NCBI GenBank assembly: GCA_964623505.1
Contig: CAZUSP010000003.1
Span: 1 to 37,914, forward strand
Length of the DNA stretch: 37,914 nucleotides
Reading direction: 5' to 3'
From: an uncultured Candidatus Saccharibacteria bacterium
Lineage (GTDB): Bacteria; Patescibacteriota; Minisyncoccia; Minisyncoccales; UBA1441
Position numbers and translations under genes: made by a program. Position 1 is the first letter of the stretch. Each line of letters begins with the position of its first letter. The notes beneath the pieces were generated by a model, which saw nothing but the letters and a program-made list of their open reading frames with translations, was not told where the DNA came from and did not search any database. This document shows, in pieces, positions 24,789 through 32,250 of this stretch.

Positions 24789-25319
24789 TTACAAACCCTG
24801 ATTTGTGGTTCGCGATTGCCGAGCACGCTTCACGAATTCATCTCGGAGTTGTTCAGCAACCTCACGAGAAAGGGCTGGTAACCTTCCTTCTGATCCAGCT
24901 CCCCAAGCTCCATGACGAGAAACTTGCGCGCTTGCACCAGCGGTTTGAATATTCAAGTCAGACAATCCTAAGATACGATCAATCACTCCGCGATGAATAT
25001 CAACGTTCTGGATTCTATCGTACGGCACCGTGACGTATTTTTTCCAAATTACTCCATGCTCTTTTCGGAACCCATCCTCTCGAAGTTCATACCGATAGAA
25101 GCGGTAAATAAGTTTGGCCCAAATCCAGAAAAAGATAAGAAGGGCCGGGATCATAATCCACAACCACTTCAAGAATCCAAACGAAAACTCATCGCCGCCA
25201 TCAGTGGTTCCGCTGAAAACCGCCGACAACCAAACACCCAAAAATATCAATGCTAAAAACCAACGCAATATGAGGCTAATAAAGAACGACCAAACTGCTT
25301 TAGGGTCAAGTTGTTGCAT
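24789..25319 (-). CDS. Membrane protein with bacterial PH domain (YdbS/DUF304-like)
   Basis: Two TM helices, then YRYELREDGFRKEHGVIWKKYVTVPYDRIQNVDIHRGVIDRILGLSDLNIQTAG. Confidence 0.75.
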   Translation of the reverse strand: MQQLDPKAVWSFFISLILRWFLALIFLGVWLSAVFSGTTDGGDEFSFGFLKWLWIMIPALLIFFWIWAKLIYRFYRYELREDGFRKEHGVIWKKYVTVPYDRIQNVDIHRGVIDRILGLSDLNIQTAGASAQVSRHGAWGAGSEGRLPALSREVAEQLRDEFVKRARQSRTTNQGL

Positions 25320-25356
25320 AATTACTAAGTTAATGAATTAAACACGACCTTTTACT

Positions 25357-25365
25357 ATTATACCA
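25357..25365 (-). promoter_or_regulatory. Extended -10 element TGGTATAAT
   Basis: Minus-strand TGGTATAAT about 37 nt upstream of the ATG at 25319. There is no good -35. Confidence 0.35.
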
Positions 25366-25483
25366 TAATGATTAAAAACTTTTCTTTCCCCCAAACGAGG
25401 CCGCCAATTCGCTTTTGCCTCCAAAATCCCATACAAAATAATCGCCGAGCGAGGCGAACCGAAATCGCCTACAAAATTCTTAC

Positions 25484-25569
25484 TGGTGCGGGCGGAGAGA
25501 CTCGAACTCTCACGGACTAAGTCCACAGGATCCTAAGTCCTGCGCCTATGCCAATTCGGCTACACCCGC
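25484..25569 (-). tRNA. tRNA-Leu (anticodon UAG), class II, CCA encoded
   Basis: 86 nt. GCGGGTG acceptor, anticodon arm CAGGA-CTTAGGA-TCCTG, long variable arm GGAC-TTA-GTCC, T arm GAGAG-TTCGAGT-CTCTC, then CGCCCGC-A-CCA. Confidence 0.9.
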
Positions 25570-25578
25570 CCACCGAAC

Positions 25579-26043
25579 CTATAGTCCGACAATATGTCGG
25601 ACAGCCACCGGAATAGCTCGAGCCAACAAAGCAATAACCATACCGACAATAGCAAAGGTAATGGTCTTCGTTGCCTTTGAAGTCTTGGCCGCATCGCCGG
25701 AAGAAGTCAAAAACATGAAAGCGCCGGCCAAAATCATCACCATCACAACAGTCATGATAATGTAGAAGATCCAGTTAGTGAGATAATGAATTGTGGCCAA
25801 CAAGCAGACCAAACCCCAGTCATTCTCCGTTCCTGGGTCGACATCATGACAGCTTGGTCCATAACATCCCTTTCCGATTCTTTTATTCGAAAGATTAAAT
25901 TCAACTTTTATGTCACAGGCTTGAACCATATCAGGATTATATGGTCTTCTCCCTGCGGGGCCAGTAGATAAAACCGTTGAAGGCACGGCCATCATGGAGA
26001 CAACCATAACCAATGAACTCAAAACCAAAAGCAACTTTTTCAT
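25579..26043 (-). CDS. CPR-type pilin-domain protein, 154 aa (paralog of 24076..24510)
   Basis: Signal peptide. C-terminal LTNWIFYIIMTVVMVMILAGAFMFLTSSGDAAKTSKATKTITFAIVGMVIALLARAIP aligns residue-for-residue with the other pilin. Confidence 0.75.
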   Translation of the reverse strand: MKKLLLVLSSLVMVVSMMAVPSTVLSTGPAGRRPYNPDMVQACDIKVEFNLSNKRIGKGCYGPSCHDVDPGTENDWGLVCLLATIHYLTNWIFYIIMTVVMVMILAGAFMFLTSSGDAAKTSKATKTITFAIVGMVIALLARAIPVAVRHIVGL

Positions 26044-26061
26044 ATTTTAAAAATCAATTAA

Positions 26062-27666
26062 TTAACCTGGTGTTAAAGACGTTCTTATTATAGCAACTAT
26101 AGCCCAACTAAGCAAGATTATGGTCAAACCAATAGCCCCATACATGATCGTCTTTTGCCCTCGGGCAAATTTGGCCGGATCTCCGCCCGAAAATATCATC
26201 TGGAAGCCTCCAATAATAACAATTAGACTCATGCCGGCTATGCCCAGCCAAAACAATAACCTAACCAAATAGCTGAACAGTTCCATCAAAGAGGTGTGCT
26301 CCAAAGGGGATTTAAACCTTATACCCAGCAGATTTCCACCATTGCCAGGGCCAGCTGCTCCACTATTGCTCCCAGAAGCACTCCCAGCCAAAGTTCGACA
26401 GCTAGCTGAAGCGATTATATTCTTCGCCCCGGAAGATCCGTCTTTTGCCAAATGATACTCATATTTCTTATCGGGTTGAAGCGCTTTATCAGTATGGGTA
26501 TTCTGGCCTGCTTGAGCGCCGGTTAAATGTTGGTCCGTCCGACCGCCCTCGCGAAACAAACTAAAAGTATTGTCTGGAGCTCGGTAGGTTATTATAATCT
26601 CAGACTCGCTTTGCCCTTTGCAAGACAAGCTAACATTGGCATAGTGGGCTGTTATTATTTTGGTTTGCCCGCCCGTAAATTCGATCAGGCAATGCTCGGG
26701 TTCTTCAATCGCTGAAGGGCTACACCCCTCCCAATGAGTAAATGATACATCCTTGTCGGCCGGATGACGACGAGGGACCGAAAAAACAAATCTTTGCCTC
26801 CCGCTGATTTGATCCCCTGAAAGCGAAAAATCCGTTTCTCTTTCTGCGGCGTTGATAATCGGTAAACGTTGTCTAACCATCACCCCCCTGTTCGGAGAAT
26901 CCCCCTCGACCAGACTTTTGACCGTTAAATTATTCGGCTCAGGCTTAAGAATTTGAGACACATCACCATAAACAGCGGTCACTGTTTTGGTCACTCCACC
27001 CGAAACATTAATCGAACACGTACGACGGCCAAGCGTAGAAACCGAGTCACATCCTTGCCAACGATCAAACACCTTATTTCTGTCGGAGGCATGGGTCTCT
27101 GGCGCCGTTAAGTTTTTATTAATAGGACTGGTTTCCGTTATGATGTAATTAGTTGTCTGGCCGTCAATAAGAACACCTGCCGGCTCTGAATTAACTCTAA
27201 GGATATTAGAAGGGGTAGTTGCCTTTGGCGCATAAATAGCCGTAATTGTGTCACTCGTCGCGCCGCTTCCGGACTTGTAATTGCAAGTGCTTCCCCTGCC
27301 CGCCTCACAACGGCCCTCCCATCTCAAGAAACCAGAGCCGTCAAAGCTATTCGGAGCTATATAGCTCGTCATAAGTCCGTCTTCCTGACAGATATCAGCA
27401 ACACATTGAAATTCTGTCGATCCGGTCGAGCATAGCCCAATCCCTTGCTTCCTCATTTGAACCCCCTTTAGCGCATCGCCTCCCCTTTCTGCTTTAACAG
27501 TCAGGGTAAAAATGGCTTCAGTGCAAGGAGGCGCGGCAACATTGGCTTTCAGAATACGATTAAGATTATTCTCGATTCCTCCGAAATAAAATAAACTGGC
27601 GCCGGCCATGATTGAGACCAAAAATAATCCGGCGGCTGAAAATTTTAACAATTTTTCTCGATCCAT
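26062..27666 (-). CDS. Adhesin-like ectodomain fused to a C-terminal pilin domain (534 aa)
   Basis: N-terminal anchor. Three InlB-B-repeat-like modules (FLRWEGRCEAGRGSTC...ITAIYA; FDRWQGCDSVSTLGRRTC...VTAVYG; FTHWEGCSPSAIEEPEHC...ITAHYA). One Fn3-like module and a Gly/Ser linker. The last 75 aa (nt 26065-26289) carry the pilin signature LLFWLGIAGMSLIVIIGGFQMIFSGGDPAKFARGQKTIMYGAIGLTIILLSWAIV. Confidence 0.75.
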   Translation of the reverse strand: MDREKLLKFSAAGLFLVSIMAGASLFYFGGIENNLNRILKANVAAPPCTEAIFTLTVKAERGGDALKGVQMRKQGIGLCSTGSTEFQCVADICQEDGLMTSYIAPNSFDGSGFLRWEGRCEAGRGSTCNYKSGSGATSDTITAIYAPKATTPSNILRVNSEPAGVLIDGQTTNYIITETSPINKNLTAPETHASDRNKVFDRWQGCDSVSTLGRRTCSINVSGGVTKTVTAVYGDVSQILKPEPNNLTVKSLVEGDSPNRGVMVRQRLPIINAAERETDFSLSGDQISGRQRFVFSVPRRHPADKDVSFTHWEGCSPSAIEEPEHCLIEFTGGQTKIITAHYANVSLSCKGQSESEIIITYRAPDNTFSLFREGGRTDQHLTGAQAGQNTHTDKALQPDKKYEYHLAKDGSSGAKNIIASASCRTLAGSASGSNSGAAGPGNGGNLLGIRFKSPLEHTSLMELFSYLVRLLFWLGIAGMSLIVIIGGFQMIFSGGDPAKFARGQKTIMYGAIGLTIILLSWAIVAIIRTSLTPG

Positions 27667-27668
27667 GA

Positions 27669-28193
27669 TTAAGATTTTTTAAATATGAATCCGAAATAGT
27701 AATCGCTTGGCTCAAACTGGTCAATAATCTGAAAACCTAACCGGTCAATCATTATTCTGATCTGCTCTGGAAAAACCGGATTTTGCCCCTGCCTGATCGG
27801 CGCCGAACTGTTCCAATCGATGACCATTAGTTTCCCCCGGGGTTTCAAAACACGATGAGCTTCCGACAAAACGGCTTCACGGTTCTCAACCTGAAACATA
27901 ACATTGGCCATCACCACTACATCCAAAGAATCATCCGGCAGACCCGATCCTCTCAGGGCCGACAGGTCGCGCCGAAGAAACCGGATATTGTTCAAATAAC
28001 TATGACGAGCCTTGGCTTCCAAAGCCAGCAAATAGCTCTCTTGAATATCAATCGCATAAACCAGCCCGTGCATTAGATATCGGGCCATTCCCAGAGCCCA
28101 CTGACCCGGTCCGGTTCCAAAATCCGCCCCATTCATTTTGGAATCAAGTCCAAGTTTCCCCAAAAGATGTTCTATGTCTAAAATATTGGACAT
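27669..28193 (-). CDS. Class I SAM-dependent methyltransferase
   Basis: 174 aa with motif I ADFGTGPGQWA, an acidic loop (VYAIDI) and motif-IV-like VVMANVMFQV. Starts 3 nt after the gyrA stop and ends 2 nt before the next gene. Confidence 0.75.
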   Translation of the reverse strand: MSNILDIEHLLGKLGLDSKMNGADFGTGPGQWALGMARYLMHGLVYAIDIQESYLLALEAKARHSYLNNIRFLRRDLSALRGSGLPDDSLDVVVMANVMFQVENREAVLSEAHRVLKPRGKLMVIDWNSSAPIRQGQNPVFPEQIRIMIDRLGFQIIDQFEPSDYYFGFIFKKS

Positions 28194-28196
28194 ATT

Positions 28197-30668
28197 CTAT
28201 TGTTTACTTTCCTCCAGCAAACAGGCGGCCGAAGCCACCTTATCTCCGGGAGCCAGCTTCATGATCTTCACCCCCGTCGTCGCCCGACCAAAAATTGAAA
28301 TGGTTTTCACTTTGGTTCTGATGATATTGCCCTTGGTGGAAACAACGATCAGGTCGGACTCTTCGTTATCAATAAGTTTAGCAAAAATAAGGTTGCCTGT
28401 CTTGCCCCCCAGTTTTGCCGTAATAATTCCCTGGCCGCCCCGACTTTGCCGGCGATAATTGGCCATGACCGTTCTCTTGCCATAACCCTTTTCACTCAAG
28501 ATCAAAAGTTGAATCTTTTTTAGATCAGTTCCGACCCTGATTACCGCCAAGCCAACAACTTCGTCATCTTTGCCCAAAGAGATGCCCCTGACCCCGGCTG
28601 TTACCCGGCCCGTTGCCCGAACTCCCTTTTCGGGAAAAAGAATTGACTTGCCTTGCCGCGTAACAATCATTATTTGATCATCGCCGCTGGTTTCAGCCAC
28701 GGCTTTCAACCAGTCGCCTTTTTTAAGCTTAATAGCCTGAAGTCCGCTTTTCCTAATATGCAAATATTCTTTCTTGTCTGTTCTTTTGATCATTCCTTTC
28801 TTGGTGGCCATAACCAAATAGTTTTGCTTGGCCCCGGTTTTTTGATTGAGCACCGACAACACTCTTTCGTTGGCCTCAATCGGCAGATAATTAGCCAGTC
28901 CTCTTCCCCGGCTGACCCGGCTTCCCTCTTCTATCTCATAGGCCGGTAAATCATAGACCTTCCCGGTGTCCGTAAAGAACAGCAGCTGATCATGGGTCGA
29001 AACCGAGATGAAGTGTTCAACAATATCGCCCTCAATCGTTTTCATCCCCACGATCCCGCGCCCGCCTCTTTTCTGTAATTTATAGACTTCGGGCTGATTT
29101 CTTTTGATGTATCCCTTTTGAGTGATAATAATGAAATTCTCTTGATCGGGAATCAGATCTTTCTTCGATATCTGTTTAACTGATCCGGCAATTATCTCGG
29201 TTTTTCTCTCGTCTCCGTGTTTTTTCTTGACCTCGGCCAACTCCTGCTGAATAACCTTTTCAACTTTTTTCGGACTGGCCAATAAACTCTTCCATTCTTT
29301 GATCCTCTTCTCAATGTCCTTAAGTTCTTTTTCTATCTCGATTCTCTCCAGTTTGGCCAGACGATGAAGTTTTATCTCTAAAATAGCCTCGGCCTGAACC
29401 TGGCTTAATTTGAAATTCTTGATCAAATTACGAGCGGCATCAATCCGGTCTTCGGATTTTTTAATAACCGCAATCACTTCATCAATGTTCGCCAAGGCGA
29501 TCATTAGCCCGGTCAGGATATGCTGTCGTTTCAGGGCCCGGTCAAGATCAAACTTGGTTCGACGAACAACCACCTCCCGGCGGTGATTCAAATAATGAGT
29601 TAAAATATCAACCAACGAAAGAACCCTTGGCTGGATGCCGTCTACCAGGGCAACCATGTTGATATAATGCTTTTTTTCTAGGTCCGTATAGCGATAAAGC
29701 TGATTCAAAATTCTCTGCGGAAAGCCCTGCGGGGATATGTCTAAAACTACCCTCAATCCTTCCCGGTCAGACTCATCTCTGATGCTCTTAATGCCCTTAA
29801 TCTTTTCTTGGCTGGCCAGATCGGCTATTTTCGCGACCAGAGCCGCCTTGTTAACCCGATAGGGAATCTCCGTGATGATAATTTGAGCCCCTTTTCCTTT
29901 TTCAACTATCTCAGCCCGGCCGCGATTTAAAACCCCGCCCTTGCCCTGTGAATAGGTTGAAACCAGCTCTCCCTGCCCATAAATTACGCCGCCGGTCGGC
30001 AGATCCGGCCCTTTGACAAATTGGAACAGGTCTTCGGTCGTCGCCTCGGGATTATCAACCAGATAATTAAGCGCATCGCAAAGTTCGCTTAAGTTGTGGG
30101 GCAGGATATTGGTGGCCATGCCAACGGCAATGCCCACCGTGCCATTCAACAGTATTTGGGGCACCGGCGAAGGCAGAACCGAAGGCTCTTGAAAGGTTCC
30201 ATCATAATTCTCAACGAAATCAACTGTTTCTTTTCCAATGTCGGCCATAATGTCTTCCCCAAAGGAAGATAGTTTGGCTTCGGTATAGCGCGGAGCGGCT
30301 GGCGGATCGGAATCAATTGACCCAAAATTTCCCTGCCCTATCGCCAGTGGATACCTTCGGACAAAATCCTGGGCCAGCCCCACCATGGCATAATAGACCG
30401 AAGTGTCGCCATGAGGATGATATCGCCCCAGACAATAACCAACAATGGCCGAAGACTTCTTGGTTGGAGAAGAGTGCTTTAACCCCATCTCATACATCGA
30501 ATAAAGTATTCGACGATGAACCGGTTTGAGGCCGTCCCGCACATCAGGCAAAGCCCGAGAAACAATGACCGACATGGCATAGTCCAAATAGGACTCGCGC
30601 ATTTCATCAACTATTTCTCGGGGAACTATTTCTTTGGCCGCTTTAGTTGGATTTTCCGTTTTGCTCAT
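28197..30668 (-). CDS. gyrA: DNA gyrase subunit A
   Basis: 823 aa. SRALPDVRDGLKPVHRRILYSM, HPHGD, catalytic-Tyr region APRYTEAKL, and C-terminal beta-pinwheel repeats. Confidence 0.95.
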   Translation of the reverse strand: MSKTENPTKAAKEIVPREIVDEMRESYLDYAMSVIVSRALPDVRDGLKPVHRRILYSMYEMGLKHSSPTKKSSAIVGYCLGRYHPHGDTSVYYAMVGLAQDFVRRYPLAIGQGNFGSIDSDPPAAPRYTEAKLSSFGEDIMADIGKETVDFVENYDGTFQEPSVLPSPVPQILLNGTVGIAVGMATNILPHNLSELCDALNYLVDNPEATTEDLFQFVKGPDLPTGGVIYGQGELVSTYSQGKGGVLNRGRAEIVEKGKGAQIIITEIPYRVNKAALVAKIADLASQEKIKGIKSIRDESDREGLRVVLDISPQGFPQRILNQLYRYTDLEKKHYINMVALVDGIQPRVLSLVDILTHYLNHRREVVVRRTKFDLDRALKRQHILTGLMIALANIDEVIAVIKKSEDRIDAARNLIKNFKLSQVQAEAILEIKLHRLAKLERIEIEKELKDIEKRIKEWKSLLASPKKVEKVIQQELAEVKKKHGDERKTEIIAGSVKQISKKDLIPDQENFIIITQKGYIKRNQPEVYKLQKRGGRGIVGMKTIEGDIVEHFISVSTHDQLLFFTDTGKVYDLPAYEIEEGSRVSRGRGLANYLPIEANERVLSVLNQKTGAKQNYLVMATKKGMIKRTDKKEYLHIRKSGLQAIKLKKGDWLKAVAETSGDDQIMIVTRQGKSILFPEKGVRATGRVTAGVRGISLGKDDEVVGLAVIRVGTDLKKIQLLILSEKGYGKRTVMANYRRQSRGGQGIITAKLGGKTGNLIFAKLIDNEESDLIVVSTKGNIIRTKVKTISIFGRATTGVKIMKLAPGDKVASAACLLEESKQ

Positions 30669-30966
30669 TGTTTTCTTTTATCTGCTCTAAATCATCTGTT
30701 TCTTGAATCAGGCCATCCATTCCTTCGGGAAAAAGACGATCCAGGCTCCAGCCACCCCAAGGCTGGTCAACCTCTCGCCAATTATCAGAATCTTTGATCG
30801 ATTCAAGGCCAGGAATCTCTGAACGATCAACCGTTCTAATCCTTTCAGCCACTCTCTGCCCCCACCAGAACAACATTATCAATCCCAGCAAAACAACCGT
30901 TCCCCATAGAACATATTCTTTTTGACGCTTCGGTCGTTTTCTCAATTTGGTCAGCCAGACGATCAT
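30643..30966 (-). CDS. Small membrane-anchored protein of unknown function
   Basis: 107 aa with a basic N-terminus, one TM helix (VLWGTVVLLGLIMLFWW) and an acidic tail. ATGA overlap with the upstream gene and a 26-nt overlap with the gyrA start. Confidence 0.5.
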   Translation of the reverse strand: MIVWLTKLRKRPKRQKEYVLWGTVVLLGLIMLFWWGQRVAERIRTVDRSEIPGLESIKDSDNWREVDQPWGGWSLDRLFPEGMDGLIQETDDLEQIKENNEQNGKSN

Positions 30967-31538
30967 GTTTGATTAAGTACTTTAACCACCAAACCCTCCT
31001 TCGGCAGACTGTCAGCCTGAAGATTGATTGAATCTTCTGGCTTAACTTGCTCCACGCCCATTATCTTTAAAAACTGCTTTAGCTCTTCGGGCTGATAATT
31101 CATTGGAACTACCGATCGCGGCTCTATGCGCGAAATTAGCCTGGCCGCAAATTTGGCACCAATCTGCCCCCCGATGGAAATAACCAAAACATGAATATCG
31201 CCCAGTTGCTCTATCTGGCGATCATCCAAGGCGGCCTGCCCTAATCCACTTAAGTAGGCAAGCTTCTCGCCATTGAGATCCAAAATATAGATTATGTGAC
31301 CATCATCCTGAATCCCCTTGACCAATATGTTCTTGATGTCATACTCTCCCGGATAATTGATTAAAAATGTTTTTTCTTCACTGACTCCTTCCATCTTTTC
31401 AGCCAATCCAACCAAAACCAAATCCGGTTCAATTGATTGAATTTTTTTACCCGGATGACCAAGAATAATGGTTGCTTCTGGCTGTTTGACTCTGTCTTTA
31501 ATCAAAAAGCAGCTGTCGCTTAAGCGAGTGATGATCAT
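30963..31538 (-). CDS. MBL-fold (UPF0173-like) protein lacking the HxHxDH metal motif
   Basis: 191 aa. ITRLSDSCFLIK..., PGEYDIKNILVKGI and IHVLVISIGG...IEPRSVVPMNY follow the layout of small MBL-fold hydrolases, but no His cluster is present. Confidence 0.45.
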   Translation of the reverse strand: MIITRLSDSCFLIKDRVKQPEATIILGHPGKKIQSIEPDLVLVGLAEKMEGVSEEKTFLINYPGEYDIKNILVKGIQDDGHIIYILDLNGEKLAYLSGLGQAALDDRQIEQLGDIHVLVISIGGQIGAKFAARLISRIEPRSVVPMNYQPEELKQFLKIMGVEQVKPEDSINLQADSLPKEGLVVKVLNQT

Positions 31539-31610
31539 CGTTATAGATCTATTTTAGCATTTAAAAGCAGAAAAAAAAGCTCCCCTGGCACGCCAGTTAA
31601 TTAAAACGAC

Positions 31611-31636
31611 AAAGCCGATCCGCTAAGATCGGCTTT
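31611..31636 (-). terminator. Hairpin terminator downstream of the pseudogene cassette
   Basis: Perfect 10-bp stem AAAGCCGATC / GATCGGCTTT with a 6-nt loop. The minus strand continues GTCGTTTTAATT. Confidence 0.55.
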
Positions 31637-31709
31637 GAAAAAATCAATCAGTTGGAGCAGGTGGGGGTTCTTCTGTTCGCGGGGTCCGGTTCGACGACCG
31701 CCGAGAAAA

Positions 31710-32195
31710 CTAAATGCAGGAGCCAGCGACCCGGATAAAGTAGCCCCAACCCACCTCTAATCATCCACCAGCCGGAACTCTAACATACTGGTCATCCGAA
31801 CCAAGGCCGGGATCTCGCCGTTGAATAGAAGATGCTTGGCGGTCGCCGGTGATTCAGTCTATTCCAATTCCTCCGGCCGGAGCGCCAATCATGTGCCAGC
31901 CAGCGCCGACCAGATTGACCGAGCCGCTCCAAGGAGTAGTTCCGGGAATCGGAACGGTGTAATCCCGCATGGCTCTAATCCAGCAACCATGACCAGGGGT
32001 TATGGTGCTGGAGGCATCATACTCATTGCGGGCCAGATTCCAGCGACAGAAAGCAACATTCCGGCGCATCTCTGAGAGACATCGCTCAAGCTGGGATCAG
32101 CGCCAGCTATCGGCAAGGAGACCATATTCCACCCTTCTCTAAGAGACCAGCTCTGGCCGCTGGGCGCTGGAGTCGGAGGTGGATCATTCTCAACC
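31710..32195 (-). pseudogene. Degenerate, promoterless copy of the last ~155 codons of the upstream 562-aa gene
   Basis: The translation aligns with the C-terminus of 32251..33939: PPPTPAPSGQSWSLREGWNMVSLP... / ...VNLVGAGWHMIGAPAGGIGID*ITGD...*LEVGWGYFIRVAGSCI*. It is broken by one frameshift near 32065-32075 and two in-frame TGA codons. It lies beyond that gene's terminator. Confidence 0.75.
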
Positions 32196-32212
32196 ACCAA
32201 GGTAAAAACAGG

Positions 32213-32241
32213 CAAAAAAGCCGGCCCCATTAAGGGCCGGC
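32213..32241 (-). terminator. Rho-independent terminator of the 562-aa gene
   Basis: GCCGGCCC-CATTAA-GGGCCGGC (32220-32241). On the minus strand it is followed by TTTTTT (32214-32219). It begins 10 nt after the TGA stop. Confidence 0.8.
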
Positions 32242-32250
32242 CTAATTAAA

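Noticed and set aside
25338-25526. 62-aa ORF overlapping tRNA-Leu; likewise the 82-aa ORF 36913..37161 running antisense through tRNA-Val
   Set aside because: Both read through tRNA genes. The DSNLRP-type peptide is the familiar artefact of translating a T-arm. Neither has independent support.
31710-32195. In-frame TGA codons as evidence of UGA reassignment (Gracilibacteria/SR1-type code)
   Set aside because: TGA terminates clearly complete genes in this window: the metallopeptidase at 27-29, the SIMPL protein at 4605-4607 and the 562-aa protein at 32251-32253. The region also carries a frameshift and has no start or promoter. Pseudogene decay explains the stops.
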